Source of the DNA: Vicugna vicugna
Taxonomy: Eukaryota
Assembly (NCBI GenBank): GCA_013265495.1
Contig: MU058337.1
Coordinates: 3,714,880-3,778,879, forward strand
Length of the DNA stretch: 64,000 bases
Reading direction: 5' to 3'
In this document: piece after piece, positions 26,525-38,250 of the stretch
How positions within the stretch are numbered: the first letter of the stretch is position 1
Layout: every line of letters begins with the position of its first letter
Notes under the pieces: generated by a model
The model's input: only the letters and a program-made list of their open reading frames with translations
The model's database searches: none
Told to the model about the DNA's origin: nothing
Made by a program: the position numbers and the translations under genes

Positions 26525-26890
26525 TGTATTAATCTGCTAGGGCTGCCATAACAGAATGCCACAGAATGGCTGGTTTAAATTACAGGTTTTTATTTTTGCA
26601 CAGTTCTAGAGGCAGGAAGTCCAAGACCAAGGTTGGTTTCTGGTGAAGTCTCTCTCAGGTTTCATAGATGGCCACTTTCTCCCTGCATCTCCACATGGTC
26701 TTCCCCCCATATGCACACCCCTGGTGTCTCTTTCTCTTCTAAGGACCTCAGCACTACTGGATTAGGGTCATACTTCTTGACCTCATGTAACCTTAATTAC
26801 CTCCTCAAATACCCTATCTCCAAGTACAGTCACATTGGGACTTAGGGTCTCGATGTATGAATTTGTAGGGACAAAATTCCATCCATAACA
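26525..26890 (-). mobile_element. MaLR solo LTR (MLT1A/A0-like)
   Basis: TG...CA ends; tgctagggctgccataaca, cacagttctagaggcaggaagtccaaga, gacctcatgtaaccttaattacctcc, tatgaatttgtagggaca. Confidence 0.88.
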
Positions 26891-27479
26891 CTTCCATGTT
26901 TCTGTTTAAAAATATGTCCAATTCATACATTTAAACATATTGTTTACAGCAAACATCCATTCTGACTGGCCAGAGCCCAAACTTCACTCATTATTAAATA
27001 TTTCTGTTATTCCTATAAACACACATTATTTTCTTGATATATTTCCAGTCTTAAAGTAAATCAAATCTATTTCTGATGACTTTATCAAATGTTTAAACAG
27101 AGAAATATTTTTATTTATGGACATATTAAGGGGTTTTTTGGTTAAAGCTTCATAATGTAAACTACAGAATCATGCTTTTCAGTTTAAATCAAGAAAACAT
27201 AGGGATGAACCATAGATCACCATATATATGCTCTTAATTTTCAAAATTGAAACTGCTAATGCTGATTTTTATGTGTGCACCTGCTGCTAAAAAAAAAAAC
27301 CAAATAAGCTATTCACTTGGTTCTGAAGGTTGGAAATACATGTCCTTTGATTAGTGACTGTAGCTGCTCTCCAAAGAACACGAAATTGATTGAAAATCTG
27401 TCGCTTAGATTAGAGGTCAGCTGCAAACACTTGCTCCAAGAAAGTCTGATTGCTACATTCATTTACCATGTATATTTGA

Positions 27480-27672
27480 TACATGGTTAAAAGCATGGGC
27501 TATGGAGTTAAGATTCAACTCCTAGGCCTGCAGCTTCTCTGAGTCTTTTTCTTTCCTACAGCTTGGTAGTATCAACAGAGACTACCATAGAGTTTTCCAA
27601 AGACTAAAGAAGATAATTTACATAAGGTCTGAGTATACTATCTGCCAAGTGTTCAAAATATTACTTACTACT
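27480..27672 (+). mobile_element. MIR relic
   Basis: tggttaaaagcatgggctatggagttaag...gataatttacataagg. Confidence 0.55.
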
Positions 27673-27976
27673 TTATGGACCTCTGCTTGCCTCATTTCTT
27701 GGGATTCTATTGAGGTGAATCTCATCTAATGGTTCTCTGAGTCTCCCTGCAAGTTGTTTCCCCATTCAATTATAGGGTCAATAACGCAGTTGCTTCTTTA
27801 GGGTGTTACTGTGACCCAAAGACTAATGTGACATTTCCCGAAGAAATCAGGCCATTCAACTCAACAACTTCTATTTCCTCAAAAATTACATTTTGTTCCT
27901 CCAAAAGGTACTTTAAATTTATAAGGAATTTTTTAAAAAAAATGTCGAACTAGCTTCCATATTTTAAAAAATCATT

Positions 27977-28956
27977 CCTACGACTCAATAAGGAAAAAAT
28001 AAACAACCCAATCCAAAAATGGGCAGAAGACCTAAACAAGCAACTCTCCAAGGAAGACATACAAATGATCAAAAAGCACATGAAAAAATGTTCAATATCA
28101 CTAATTATCAGAGAAATGCAAATCAAAACTACAATGAGGTATCACCTCACACCAGTCAGAATGGCCGTCATTCAAAAATCCAAAAATGACAAATGCTGGA
28201 GAGGCTGTGGAGAAAGGGGAACCCTCCTACACTGCTGGTGGGAATGCAGTTTGGTGCAGCCACTATGGAAAACAGTGTGGAGATTCCTCAAAAGACTAGG
28301 AATAGACTTACCATATGACCCAGGAATCCCACTCCTGGGCTTGTACCCAGAAGGAAATCTACTTCAGGATGACACCTGCACCCCAATGTTCATAGCAGCA
28401 CTATTTACAATAGCCAAAACATGGAAACAACCTAAATGTCCATCAACAGGTGACTGGATAAAGAAGAGGTGGTATATTTATACAATGGAATACTACTCAG
28501 CCATAAAAACCGACAACATAATGCCATTTGCAGCAACATGGATGCTCCTAGAGAATGTCATTCTAAGTGAAGTAAGCCAGAAAGAGAAAGAAAAATACCA
28601 TATGAGATCGCTCATATGTGGAATCTAAAAAACAAAAACAAACAAACAAACAAAAACAAAGCATAAATACAGGACAGAAATAGACTCATGGACAGAGAAT
28701 ACAGACTTGTGGTTACCGGGGGGGGAGAGGGTGGGAAGGGATAGACTGGGATTTCAAAATTGTAGAATAGATAAACAAGATTACACTGTATAGCACAGGG
28801 AAATATACACAAAATGTTATGATAAATCACAGAGAAAAAAATGTGACAATGAGTGTGTATATGTCCATGAATGACTGAAAAATTGTGCTGAACACTGGAA
28901 TTTGACACAACACTGTAAAATGATTATGAATCAATAAAAAATTAAGAAAAAAAGAA
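27977..28956 (+). mobile_element. Young 5'-truncated LINE-1 with 11-bp TSD
   Basis: TSD aaaaaatcatt at 27966-27976 and 28957-28967; target TTTT/AAAA matches the L1 endonuclease consensus; AATAAA at 28933 and an A-rich tail. Confidence 0.97.
27978..28628 (+). pseudogene. L1 ORF2p C-terminal fragment, uninterrupted frame including the CCHC zinc knuckle; cannot encode functional ORF2p
   Basis: Frame open from the truncation point ([20 protein letters not shown]...) through [51 protein letters not shown] and [11 protein letters not shown] track 28065-28628. Confidence 0.95.
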
Positions 28957-30816
28957 AAAAAATCATTTTGTTGTAGGTAAGTCTTTGGTTAAATTACTGC
29001 TAACTACATACATACATACATATTGCTAAACTGCCTTAATTCACAAGTAATGCCTCACATATCAGGTAGTCAAAAAATACTTATTATATGAAGGCATGTA
29101 TATAAGTAGAAATTCTATTCTATGAACTGTAAGATGTGAATTATTTTAAAGAGCGTGTGGTTCCTCAGGCACCAGTAACGTCATCATGTATATTTTTATT
29201 TAATTTTTAAATATGTATCTATGATATGTAAGTATTTCTGTTGATGAGACTATATAGAGTATACACAATACTAAATTTATTTACAGAAATAAATTACTTG
29301 TACAACTTAGGGCCTTCACTTAAAAAAACAGTTCTATGCTTCTGACAGTTGTGGGCAATGTCACATTTTACAAGGTGGGTGCCATATTGTGTGATTTACT
29401 GTCTTTTAATCAATTAAAAATACATACACAATAGATATGGGTTATATAAAAAAGAACCAGGAGAAGAAGAGATACAAGAGGTCTTTGTCACTGCTTGTAT
29501 TTCATATAAGAAGAACTCTTCTGGTGAAGCTGTGGGCCATAGAAGTTATGAGGGAAACAGAACAATAGATGCCACAGCTCTTTTCCTTAAGTATTAAATG
29601 TTCCATTAAAATGCCCAGGATTGCTTGTTTTTTAATATCGTTTTCTGTTTGTTTGCTTGATTTGTTTTCCTCCTCTCTGGAGGTTGCTCCCAGGTATGTT
29701 CAGTCTCATGTTAAGTAAGTTTCTGAGCCTTATAAATAGATTGTTTCACTTGGGAATGTTTCCACATTTGTCTTCTTCAACGATAACCACCTAATGAAAA
29801 CATTTAGAAAGTACAGCTCCTGTTGAATGACTTTCACCTGTGGCATCACCCAAACACAAATGAAAATCCTTCTTTAAGTAGGGATCTCTGCAAAGCCAGG
29901 GTGCTAATCCAGTCGCCCTTCCACGGCACTCTTTAATCATTGATGACAGCAAGTGAAATGGGACTGGACGCAGAGCAAATTGCTTCATTAGTAACACAGC
30001 CTAGGATACCTGTGAAACTGTAACCTGCATTTCCTAATACATGGGCCGTGAAATGTGATCATTTAATTCTCACGATTTACACACATATTGTCTGCTCAAG
30101 CTAGGTTTTTTGTAAGTTTTAATAAATTACTCGTTAAAATGCAAAATTATAATTTTCCTGAGTTTTCTATGTTCAAATATAGTACATGGCAGTGGTATAA
30201 ACAACAAAATTGCTGAGAAAATTATGCAAAACTTAAAAAACTGACTATAGTATCTAATTTTATAGTGCATTCCCAAAGGGGGCATCATTAAGCAGTAAAT
30301 TTGTACTCTTCATTTTTGTAAGTCATATATGAAATGTACTAATCCAATCAATATCAAATGTATGTAATCACTTTAAACCATCATTTAGTTGATTTTAGCA
30401 ATATTTCACAAGTGTAAAAATGAGTGATAAATTAAACCAAAACTATACACTTTTTCAATGTACATAACCTTAATCCCCAATAACTAAAAGCCCAGATACA
30501 AACTCTGGAAACAAGATGAAAGAAATACATGATGGTGCATGACTGAGAGAAAAATTACCCAGTAGAGCCTCTCAAAAAAGAAGTGTGACATTTTCAAAAA
30601 AGGTTTTCTTCCCAAGAAGAAGTCTATTTAAAAAAAGGACAAAAGTAATAATGCCTTTTTCAGAAGTTGAAAAGTTTTAAATTATATTGTACAAATGGTT
30701 GACAACATAATCAAATTCATATCAAATATTCTTCGAGGCATAGGAAGAGGGGGAGTGAAATATATCTTTTGTTAAACACTATAATATATATCTTCTCATT
30801 AGTTTAAATCATAGAG

Positions 30817-31006
30817 CAGGAGTGGGCAAATTCTTCCTGTAAAGGGCCAGGTAGTCAATATATTAGACCTAGTGAGCTGTTTAAGCACAAAAACAGCCAT
30901 AGAGATATATACATAAGGGGTGTGATTGTGTTTCATTACAATTTTACGTACAAAATCAGGCAGACAACCAGATTTGGTCTGTGGGCCACAATTTATCGAA
31001 CATTTA
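30817..31006 (+). mobile_element. hAT-Charlie MITE (MER58A-like)
   Basis: caggagtgggcaaattcttcctgtaaagggccaggtagtcaatat...cagatttggtctgtgggccacaattt; flanked by TCTAGA-like target (tcatagag / ttctagaa). Confidence 0.8.
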
Positions 31007-31574
31007 TTCTAGAATAAGTTTTAAAGACTGTCATTTTAAAAAGACTCCATCACCCAAATACGCGCTTGAACCAAATAAAATCAATTCAGGACTCATCAGA
31101 AATATAAAAGATATTCTAGGACATTCCAGTCTATCAAATCTCTAAGTATTACTTTGAGGTCATTTAGAGTTGCATTCCTGCATTCAAAGCAATTGATTTA
31201 GACAGCTTAAAAGCACCGATGCTGATATAACTAAAAAGCATTTTACTGGCACAATATTTCAATTCTGACAATTATCAGTCCATGCTGATTGAAGGTACAG
31301 AGAAGGGGTGATGAGCAACCTTTCAAGTTACCCATGTTCAAGTTCATTAAAAAGTATGGATTTTTCTCCCATTAATGTAATCAGATGGATCCATACAGAA
31401 TGAGCTGGTTTATAAGACATTATTTTCGTAAAGAGAAACAGATGTACTCCCTTTGTAAATCATCACAAATCCTGAAATTCCATCATTACAAGCTTTCATC
31501 AGTTTGGCTGTCAAGTCTTTTATCAACTAACAAAAATAATACAAAATAAAACAACGGCACTACTAGCCACAATT

Positions 31575-31755
31575 TATCCTGCAGAGTGTCTCCTTTATCC
31601 TTATCACAACAGTAGGAGTAATATTCTTATTTTAGAAATAAAGAATATTTGGGTTTAGGAATTTAGATAATTTTCAAATGTGACATATCCAATAAGGAAT
31701 GCCATCAAGATTTAAAATTAGGTCCCCTTGTGATTTTAAACTTTTCTCACTACAG
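31575..31755 (-). mobile_element. MIR relic
   Basis: tttatccttatcacaacagtaggagtaatattcttattttagaaataaagaa. Confidence 0.5.
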
Positions 31756-31979
31756 TATATTAAAAGGGTCATACTATGTATCTGGTGTTTGACATACAGA
31801 ATTTTAATCTGCAACAATCTTTCAAAGTGTTAGTATTTCTCTTGCATCACTGAGAAACTATACACAAATAACTTACCCACCACCAGAGAGCTACCACAGC
31901 CTGAATTGAAACTATCGCTAGACACACACTTTCCCTGGTAAGCCCACCTGTTGATAAGTGATTCAAAATATGATAATCT

Positions 31980-32371
31980 TGATATCACTTACACGTGGAA
32001 TCTAAAAAAAAAATGACACAAATGAACTTATTTACAAAACAGAAACAGACTCACAGACGTGGAAAACAAACTTACGGTTACCAGGGAGGAAAGGCGGTAG
32101 GGAGGGATAAATTGGGAGCTTAGGATTTGCAGATACTAATTACTACATATAAAACAGACAAACCACAAGGTCCAACCATATAGTATGGGAAACTATATTC
32201 AATATCTTGTAACAACCTATAATTAAAAAGAATGTGAAAATGAATATATATATATATGTGTAACAGAATCACTATGCTGTACACCAGAAATTAACATATT
32301 TGTAAATTGACTATAGTTCAATTAAAACTTTTTTTAAATAAAATAAAATGCATCAGCCATAAAAAAAAAAA
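31980..32371 (+). mobile_element. LINE-1 3' end, older cetartiodactyl-type (L1_Art-like)
   Basis: gatatcacttacacgtggaatctaaaaaa...gaacttatttacaaaacagaaacagactcacagac...gggagggataaattgggag...tgtacaccagaaattaaca, then an A tail. Confidence 0.9.
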
Positions 32372-32719
32372 TCAACCAGACTAACTGAATGGTTAGATTT
32401 GCAAGAACAAAAGCTAGCTGAGATCAATAAAGAATAATACAGGATATGTAAGGATGGAAGTGAAGAGAAAAGAAATGTTTAAAACAGAGAATAAAATATG
32501 AAAAACCAGGAGGCTTACTAGTGTTAACCATTGTATCAACTTGAGTGAATGGCTCAACAGTGAGCAGCCTCTGTTGATTCATCTTCAACAGGAAAGCAAT
32601 GATACCAATCAAAATGTGCTGATCTGAACATCCAATGAAAACCCACATATGTAAATTGCATCAGTGGCATTCCATTGATAATAAATATGTATATGTATTA
32701 ATGTAAATATATAAAAATA

Positions 32720-35215
32720 AATAAGGACATATCTATATAGTTGCTTCAATCTCTTCATGTTTAATAGTTTTTGTTAAGTTTTGTCTTATTTCTAATGTCC
32801 AAATATATAGGGTTTTAAACTTGACCTTCTGGAACTGATTTCAAATTAATTGGGCTAATTAGTTGTATGAAAATGATTCTTTGATTGTTACTAAAATTTG
32901 GTCAGTTTTCAAGATATTAAATGTAAACTTAAGAAAAAAATTGCTACAATGATGCCAGATTTTGCTTATTTCTCCTTATACTTCTGTACTTTTTTCTTTA
33001 TATATTTTGAAGCTGTCATTAGTATAAATCAAGGTTAGAACTGTTATTTCTTCCTGGTCAATTAAAACTTTAAACATTGGGCAGCTGCCATCTTTATATT
33101 TTATAATATATTTTGACTTAAAGTCCATTTTATATGATACTAGCACAGCCACAAAACGGTTTATAAAATTAAGTAGGAACTTTTCCACATTTCTATTGTT
33201 AAATTTTCTGTGAGCCTCTTATTATAAACAATCTTCAGTGATTTTTTAATCCAGTTTGACAAACTTTGCCTTTAACAGAAGAATTTAGTCCATTTACATG
33301 TATTGTGATTATGGTTTTATTTACATTTCTTTTGCCATCTTACTCCATAATAATTGTCCTGGAGGAAATTTTCTGATCATTTTTCCCATTTCTTAAGTTA
33401 TTTATATTAAGGTGGTTTCCATTTAAAATTTAACTTTTCTAGCATTTTGGAAGATATATACTATTTATTTTAGGTGTTTTCCTTAATATATTATCAAGGA
33501 CATTTAACTTCACAATGTTAAAAGTTAATTTCATAACAATCAGCTCCTCTTAACCACACAAAGTTGTTAAAATGTTTTAATTCTGATTCTTTTTCTGTCT
33601 TGCTTGTATGGCATAAATTAGACTTTTTATTCTTGTTTATAGAGTCAGTATTTTGTCAGATTCACCCAAGTATTTGCAATTTACTTTACTCACTATTCCT
33701 AATGAATCTCAGCTTTTTCATAAGGGATCATTTTTCTTCCTCCTGTATTGCAATACTTAGAAATTTAGCTGATAAGATATACTAGTGGTAAAAAGTCTCT
33801 TTCATGTCCTCTGAAATGGTTTATTTTTTTTCTTTTTCAAAGACAGTTTACTGAGCATATAATTCTAGATTCACAGTTATTGTATGTGATTACTTGGAAG
33901 AAATGCTTCCATTATATTTTGGCTTCCATGATTATGGTTGAGAAATCAGTTATTTTTTTGCCCCATTGTCATTCCTTTGTAAGTAATCTTTTGCCCTTGA
34001 GCTGCTATTAAGACCTCTCTCTTTTTATTGTTAACATTTTAAGGTGTCATTTTTTTTCCCCATGGTTCACTACAATGTGTCTTGGTGCAAATTTCTTTTT
34101 CTTTAACTTGCGTAACGTGTATTGGTATTTGTGAATCTAGATAGGTCCCTTTTATCCTTTTTGAAAATTTTAATCAATATTCTCATCAGAAGTTGCCTTT
34201 CTATAATCTTCTCAATTCCAAATAAATACATATTATTTTCACTACCAGTGTAACTTCTTCATATTTTCCTTCTCTGGATTTCTATACTGTATCCTAAATA
34301 ATTTATTTACAGCCTCCTCTCAATTTTCCCATTGTATCATAACTTTCTGACTAATCATCAGGCTTTCAAATTTAATTAATACATATTTTATTTCTAGAAC
34401 TGTATGTGGTTCTTAGTAACAAATATAGCTGTCTGTGTTTGTGTTTCATTTATCCTATAGCAGATTTTGGAATATTTTTATTTATGTAAGTATTATTAAA
34501 TTATGTATTTTATAATTTGCAGCCAATAATTCTAGTATCCATTTTCTGAATATCTTATTCTTCTGAAATTTGTCTTAAACTTCTAGTTGTTTCTTCTCAG
34601 TCTTCTAATGATGATTTTTTCTATTGTGTTTTACAAATTCTGATTAGTAAGGATTCTTTAAAGTGCAGGTTGAAGGTGCATGCCTACCAGGGCAACATGT
34701 GTTACCTTCCTCCCGAGTAGCCAAGGGTACTTCCTAATCAGAACCACTTTAAAACAAATGATTACTTGATAGCTTTTGCATCTCATAGGTGGTTACACAC
34801 ATGATAAATTTTCTCTGGTCCATGGCCAGGAATTTATAAGAAATGCTATTTTTTGTGCTCTGGTCCAAAACCAAGACAAGCCAGTATCTTTATTATTGTG
34901 TGCTGTAAACTTTCACCAAGTATATAATCATGTAAGTATTCTATAGGGATCTTTATTAGACTTGCCAAACTAGGTTGGTTCTCTGTGCCCTGAATGAGAT
35001 TCATTAATTAGGAAATTCTGGTCACCAGGATTAGTATTCACTCCATACCACCCACCAGCCTTAACTCTAGTACTTTCTCATAGTTTTTGGCTTTTGAAGA
35101 CTTCCTGAATTTGCTTACATTTTTAGATTTTCTAGTCTATTTTGGTGTTTTGTACTAGAGGGAATTTCTGAATATTGAATTCACCACATTATGAGAAATC
35201 GAATGTTCTGAATCT
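32720..35215 (-). mobile_element. Ancient L1M (L1ME-like) relic
   Basis: T-rich plus strand with antisense L1 motifs: gacttaaagtccattttatatgatact, tttagtccatttacatgtattgtgatt, gttgagaaatcag, ttcactacaatgtgtcttggtg. Confidence 0.75.
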
Positions 35216-35949
35216 ATTTTATATTCTGATAATTCATGACATTTTGAAAACAAACAAACAAAAGACAGTGAGAGCACTCTAGACTGTACTACAGTAAGCA
35301 ATGCAAACTAAACTCCCCATCTCACTACTGAGCTGGTTCTCTTCTCCCCGTCTATTCTTTAGTGCCACTTGGCTGATCTCTATCCTGCAAATGAAACTGC
35401 ACTGTGTCCACTTACCAATGCCAGGGAAGTTTGAAGGTATCAGTTCAATCCAGTCAACTTGTCCTTCTGCGGAAGGCTGTTTAGACATACAAGGAAAGGG
35501 CCCTCAGTGGCCACCAGATATCCTAAACTGATACTTTCCATTTTAACAAGAAGCATTAACATTAAGTTCCAATTTGGACTGATCATTACCTTGGCTGGCT
35601 CAGAGCTTTCCCACAGGAAGCCAAATGTAAACAGGGTTTTGTATAAATGACTTTTTTTTTCCCTCATCATTAAGCCTCAGAGTAATGATGAGATCTAAAT
35701 GTCCTTTTTATTTATTTATTTTTAATCTCCAAATGAGCTTAAACAACAACAACAAAAACTCAGCTATGTCAACACACAAAGTGAAAGCCAGTCACAACTT
35801 TGTTTTTGTAAATATCACCAGTTTTGGAATGAAAATATAAAAGAAAACTATCTAGAGTGGAAAATAAACTCAGAGCGTATCTTGTGTCCCTGTCATTCAT
35901 GATACCTCTGCTGAAATGTGTGAAGCTATAAAGGAACTCCTCTGCACAG

Positions 35950-38250
35950 GAAGGGCAGTGTTTGTTCTGCAGCCATCACAGCCGCTTATGGAATGTATAG
36001 TTTGTTTTTATTTTTTTTCCCGGTGCATCACTTCACAGAACACATGGCACTTAGTGGTGGAAAGAGTTAATGCTCCTCCACTGTGCAACAGGAAGGAATT
36101 TTTAAGCCACTTCTATGAAGTATCTTTAAAAACAGAGTTGTTTCCTTCCTCTGGTCTCTCTACTCCTGCTGGCTGGAATGTGATGTCGTGGCTGGAGCCA
36201 GCAGCCATGATAGGCCAGGAAATGCCCTTCCCTGGGAAGGAGAATCCCAAAGAAATAAGACAGAAGGAGCCTGAGTCTCTGACCCCACGGTGGAACACAC
36301 CAGCTATGATCCAGATTACCTCTGAACATCCTGAACATAAGAGCAAAAAACCCCGGATTGTGTTTAAACCACTCAATTTGCCGTGTGCCGTCGCTGTTCC
36401 TAGTACTCACAGGTACATCTAATCCCAACGATGCTGATTTTGGTACCTGGAAATAGGGGGCTACAAGACACAGGACCTAAACTTGTAGCATTTTCTTGAG
36501 GGAATTGGTGGTGTGGTGTCTCACGAACTGAACTATTGTCACTTGAAAGCTTATTATATTTGGACAAATGATGGATAAGTGTATCCCCTGCTGTTTCTCA
36601 GAAGGCAGATCACGTCACTGTACTAACATTAGGAAAAAAAATTGAGAAATATTAAGAAAACTCAGATTATTGACTTTTGCTGGCTACTTCTGGTCACTCA
36701 TAGCAAAGCCCGAGGGAGAGCTGAACATTGCCTGTGCTAGCCTGTCTGCACGCCAAGACGGGAGAGCACAAGGGAGGCGCTCTCTGTCCACAGGCAGCAT
36801 TGTAAACAGAATGAGACTCTAGTAAACTGAAGCCTTGCAGACTTGGAAAAGTAAAATGCATCCCTTTCTGAAATGAGAGCCAGTTACCTTCCACGGCTCT
36901 TAAATAGCAGCCTCAGTAGGAGATTGAGGCCCACAGCTTTTTCCAGTAACTTCCATTAAAAATTCTGGGCCAGACAATGGGGTTAGCCCAACAGAAAACT
37001 CTGAAAGTGTTGCCTTCCCATTCAAGCTCCTTGTTTAAGAAGTCCTCAAAAGAGCCTCAAGCAGAGAAGCAGCAACAGGAGACTGCATATTTGCAGATAA
37101 AAAAGAAACATATCACTACAGATACACAGAGATGTAGAGATAAGATTATTTCCTTACCACAAGAAAGCTTATGACTGCAAGGTCTGGATGAGCGAGCTCA
37201 CAGCCCACTGGACAAGCATTCAGGAAGGTAAGATCACTATTAGTCTGAACCTGATAGGCTTGAGTTCAAACTTTGAAGTCCACAGCACAGGCAGGAGAGT
37301 CACTGCAGGGCCAGCTGCTGCTTCACACCGAGGAGGTGAGTCAGAAGATCGGCAGTGGTGAGGCGGGCCAGTGGGTCATAACAACAGGACTGGGCGGAGA
37401 ACCCTGCAGTTTTCCTTCCATCGTATCAGGCGGGTAGGAGGAGGCGAGGGAAGGAAGGGGACTGCACAAATTGCTGAAAGCAGTCAGTAAAATACGTGGC
37501 TTGAAAGCTAGTAGTAACTGCTCAAGGAACTGACCAGCAGCAAAGAGCTGAGAAGTCCACTAAATGTCTGAAGAAATTATATTTTCAAAGAAACTGCAAG
37601 CCTGACATTCAAAAACCTGTGTCTGTTCACATCTAAAATACCTCTAGGTCTCAAACCCACACCCTGAGAAAACTGGTTAGCTCCTAAAAGAGCAAGTTCC
37701 CATGTCCTCATTAGCTGTGGCCGTCCATGGAGTACAAAGCGGGGTGGGGGGTAGGAATCTTCCAGAAGGCAGAAGCAGGTGCTCAGAGGACAAATGCAGA
37801 GGGAGAGTCTCCCAGAACACAGAAACGGAAGCAGCCAGAAGGTCAACAATAACTTATTCCACTGCCAGAAAAGAAGTATTCAGTAATCCATCCCTAAAGG
37901 ATCTGATAATTGCTGAGGAGCAGTGACTACTTTTCCAAGTGAGAGTTTTTAATTGTGGCTATCCTGTTTCCACTCCATAAATGTATGTTGGAAGTGGTGA
38001 CAGCAGATGACTTGTCTTTGCATTTATAGGCCACTGAACAAGATAAGTTTCCATATTATCTGTCCTATCTGAGAACTATGCATTACCTCGGTGTCCTGGA
38101 ATTTGATTTGGATGCAATAACTGTACAGGCAGGGTGAGTGGCCAAACAGACTGTCAAGTAGCTGAGACAGCTTCCCGTTTCCCAAGGGTAAAATTTTACC
38201 TAGATCATGACTTCCCAAAATAATGGTTATATCTCTTTGTCTAACTTGCA
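35950..38250 (+). mobile_element. MaLR provirus relic: MLT1 LTR (~35950-36422) plus MLT1-int (~36425-38155) and possible start of the 3' LTR
   Basis: LTR motifs gctggctggaatgtgatgtcgtggctggagccagcagccat and aaggagcctgagtctctga. Internal start gattttggtacctggaaatagggggct. Internal 3' motifs atgtatgttggaagtggtgacagcagatgacttgtcttt and tcctggaatttga...gggtgagtg. Confidence 0.7.

Noticed and set aside
35916..36428. 168-aa ORF and overlapping antisense ORFs
   Set aside because: They coincide with an MLT1 LTR.
38107..38140. 34-nt minus-strand exon-like segment (cctgtacag| ... GAG|GTAATG)
   Set aside because: Lies within the MLT1 internal-region relic, so the splice-like motifs are probably incidental.
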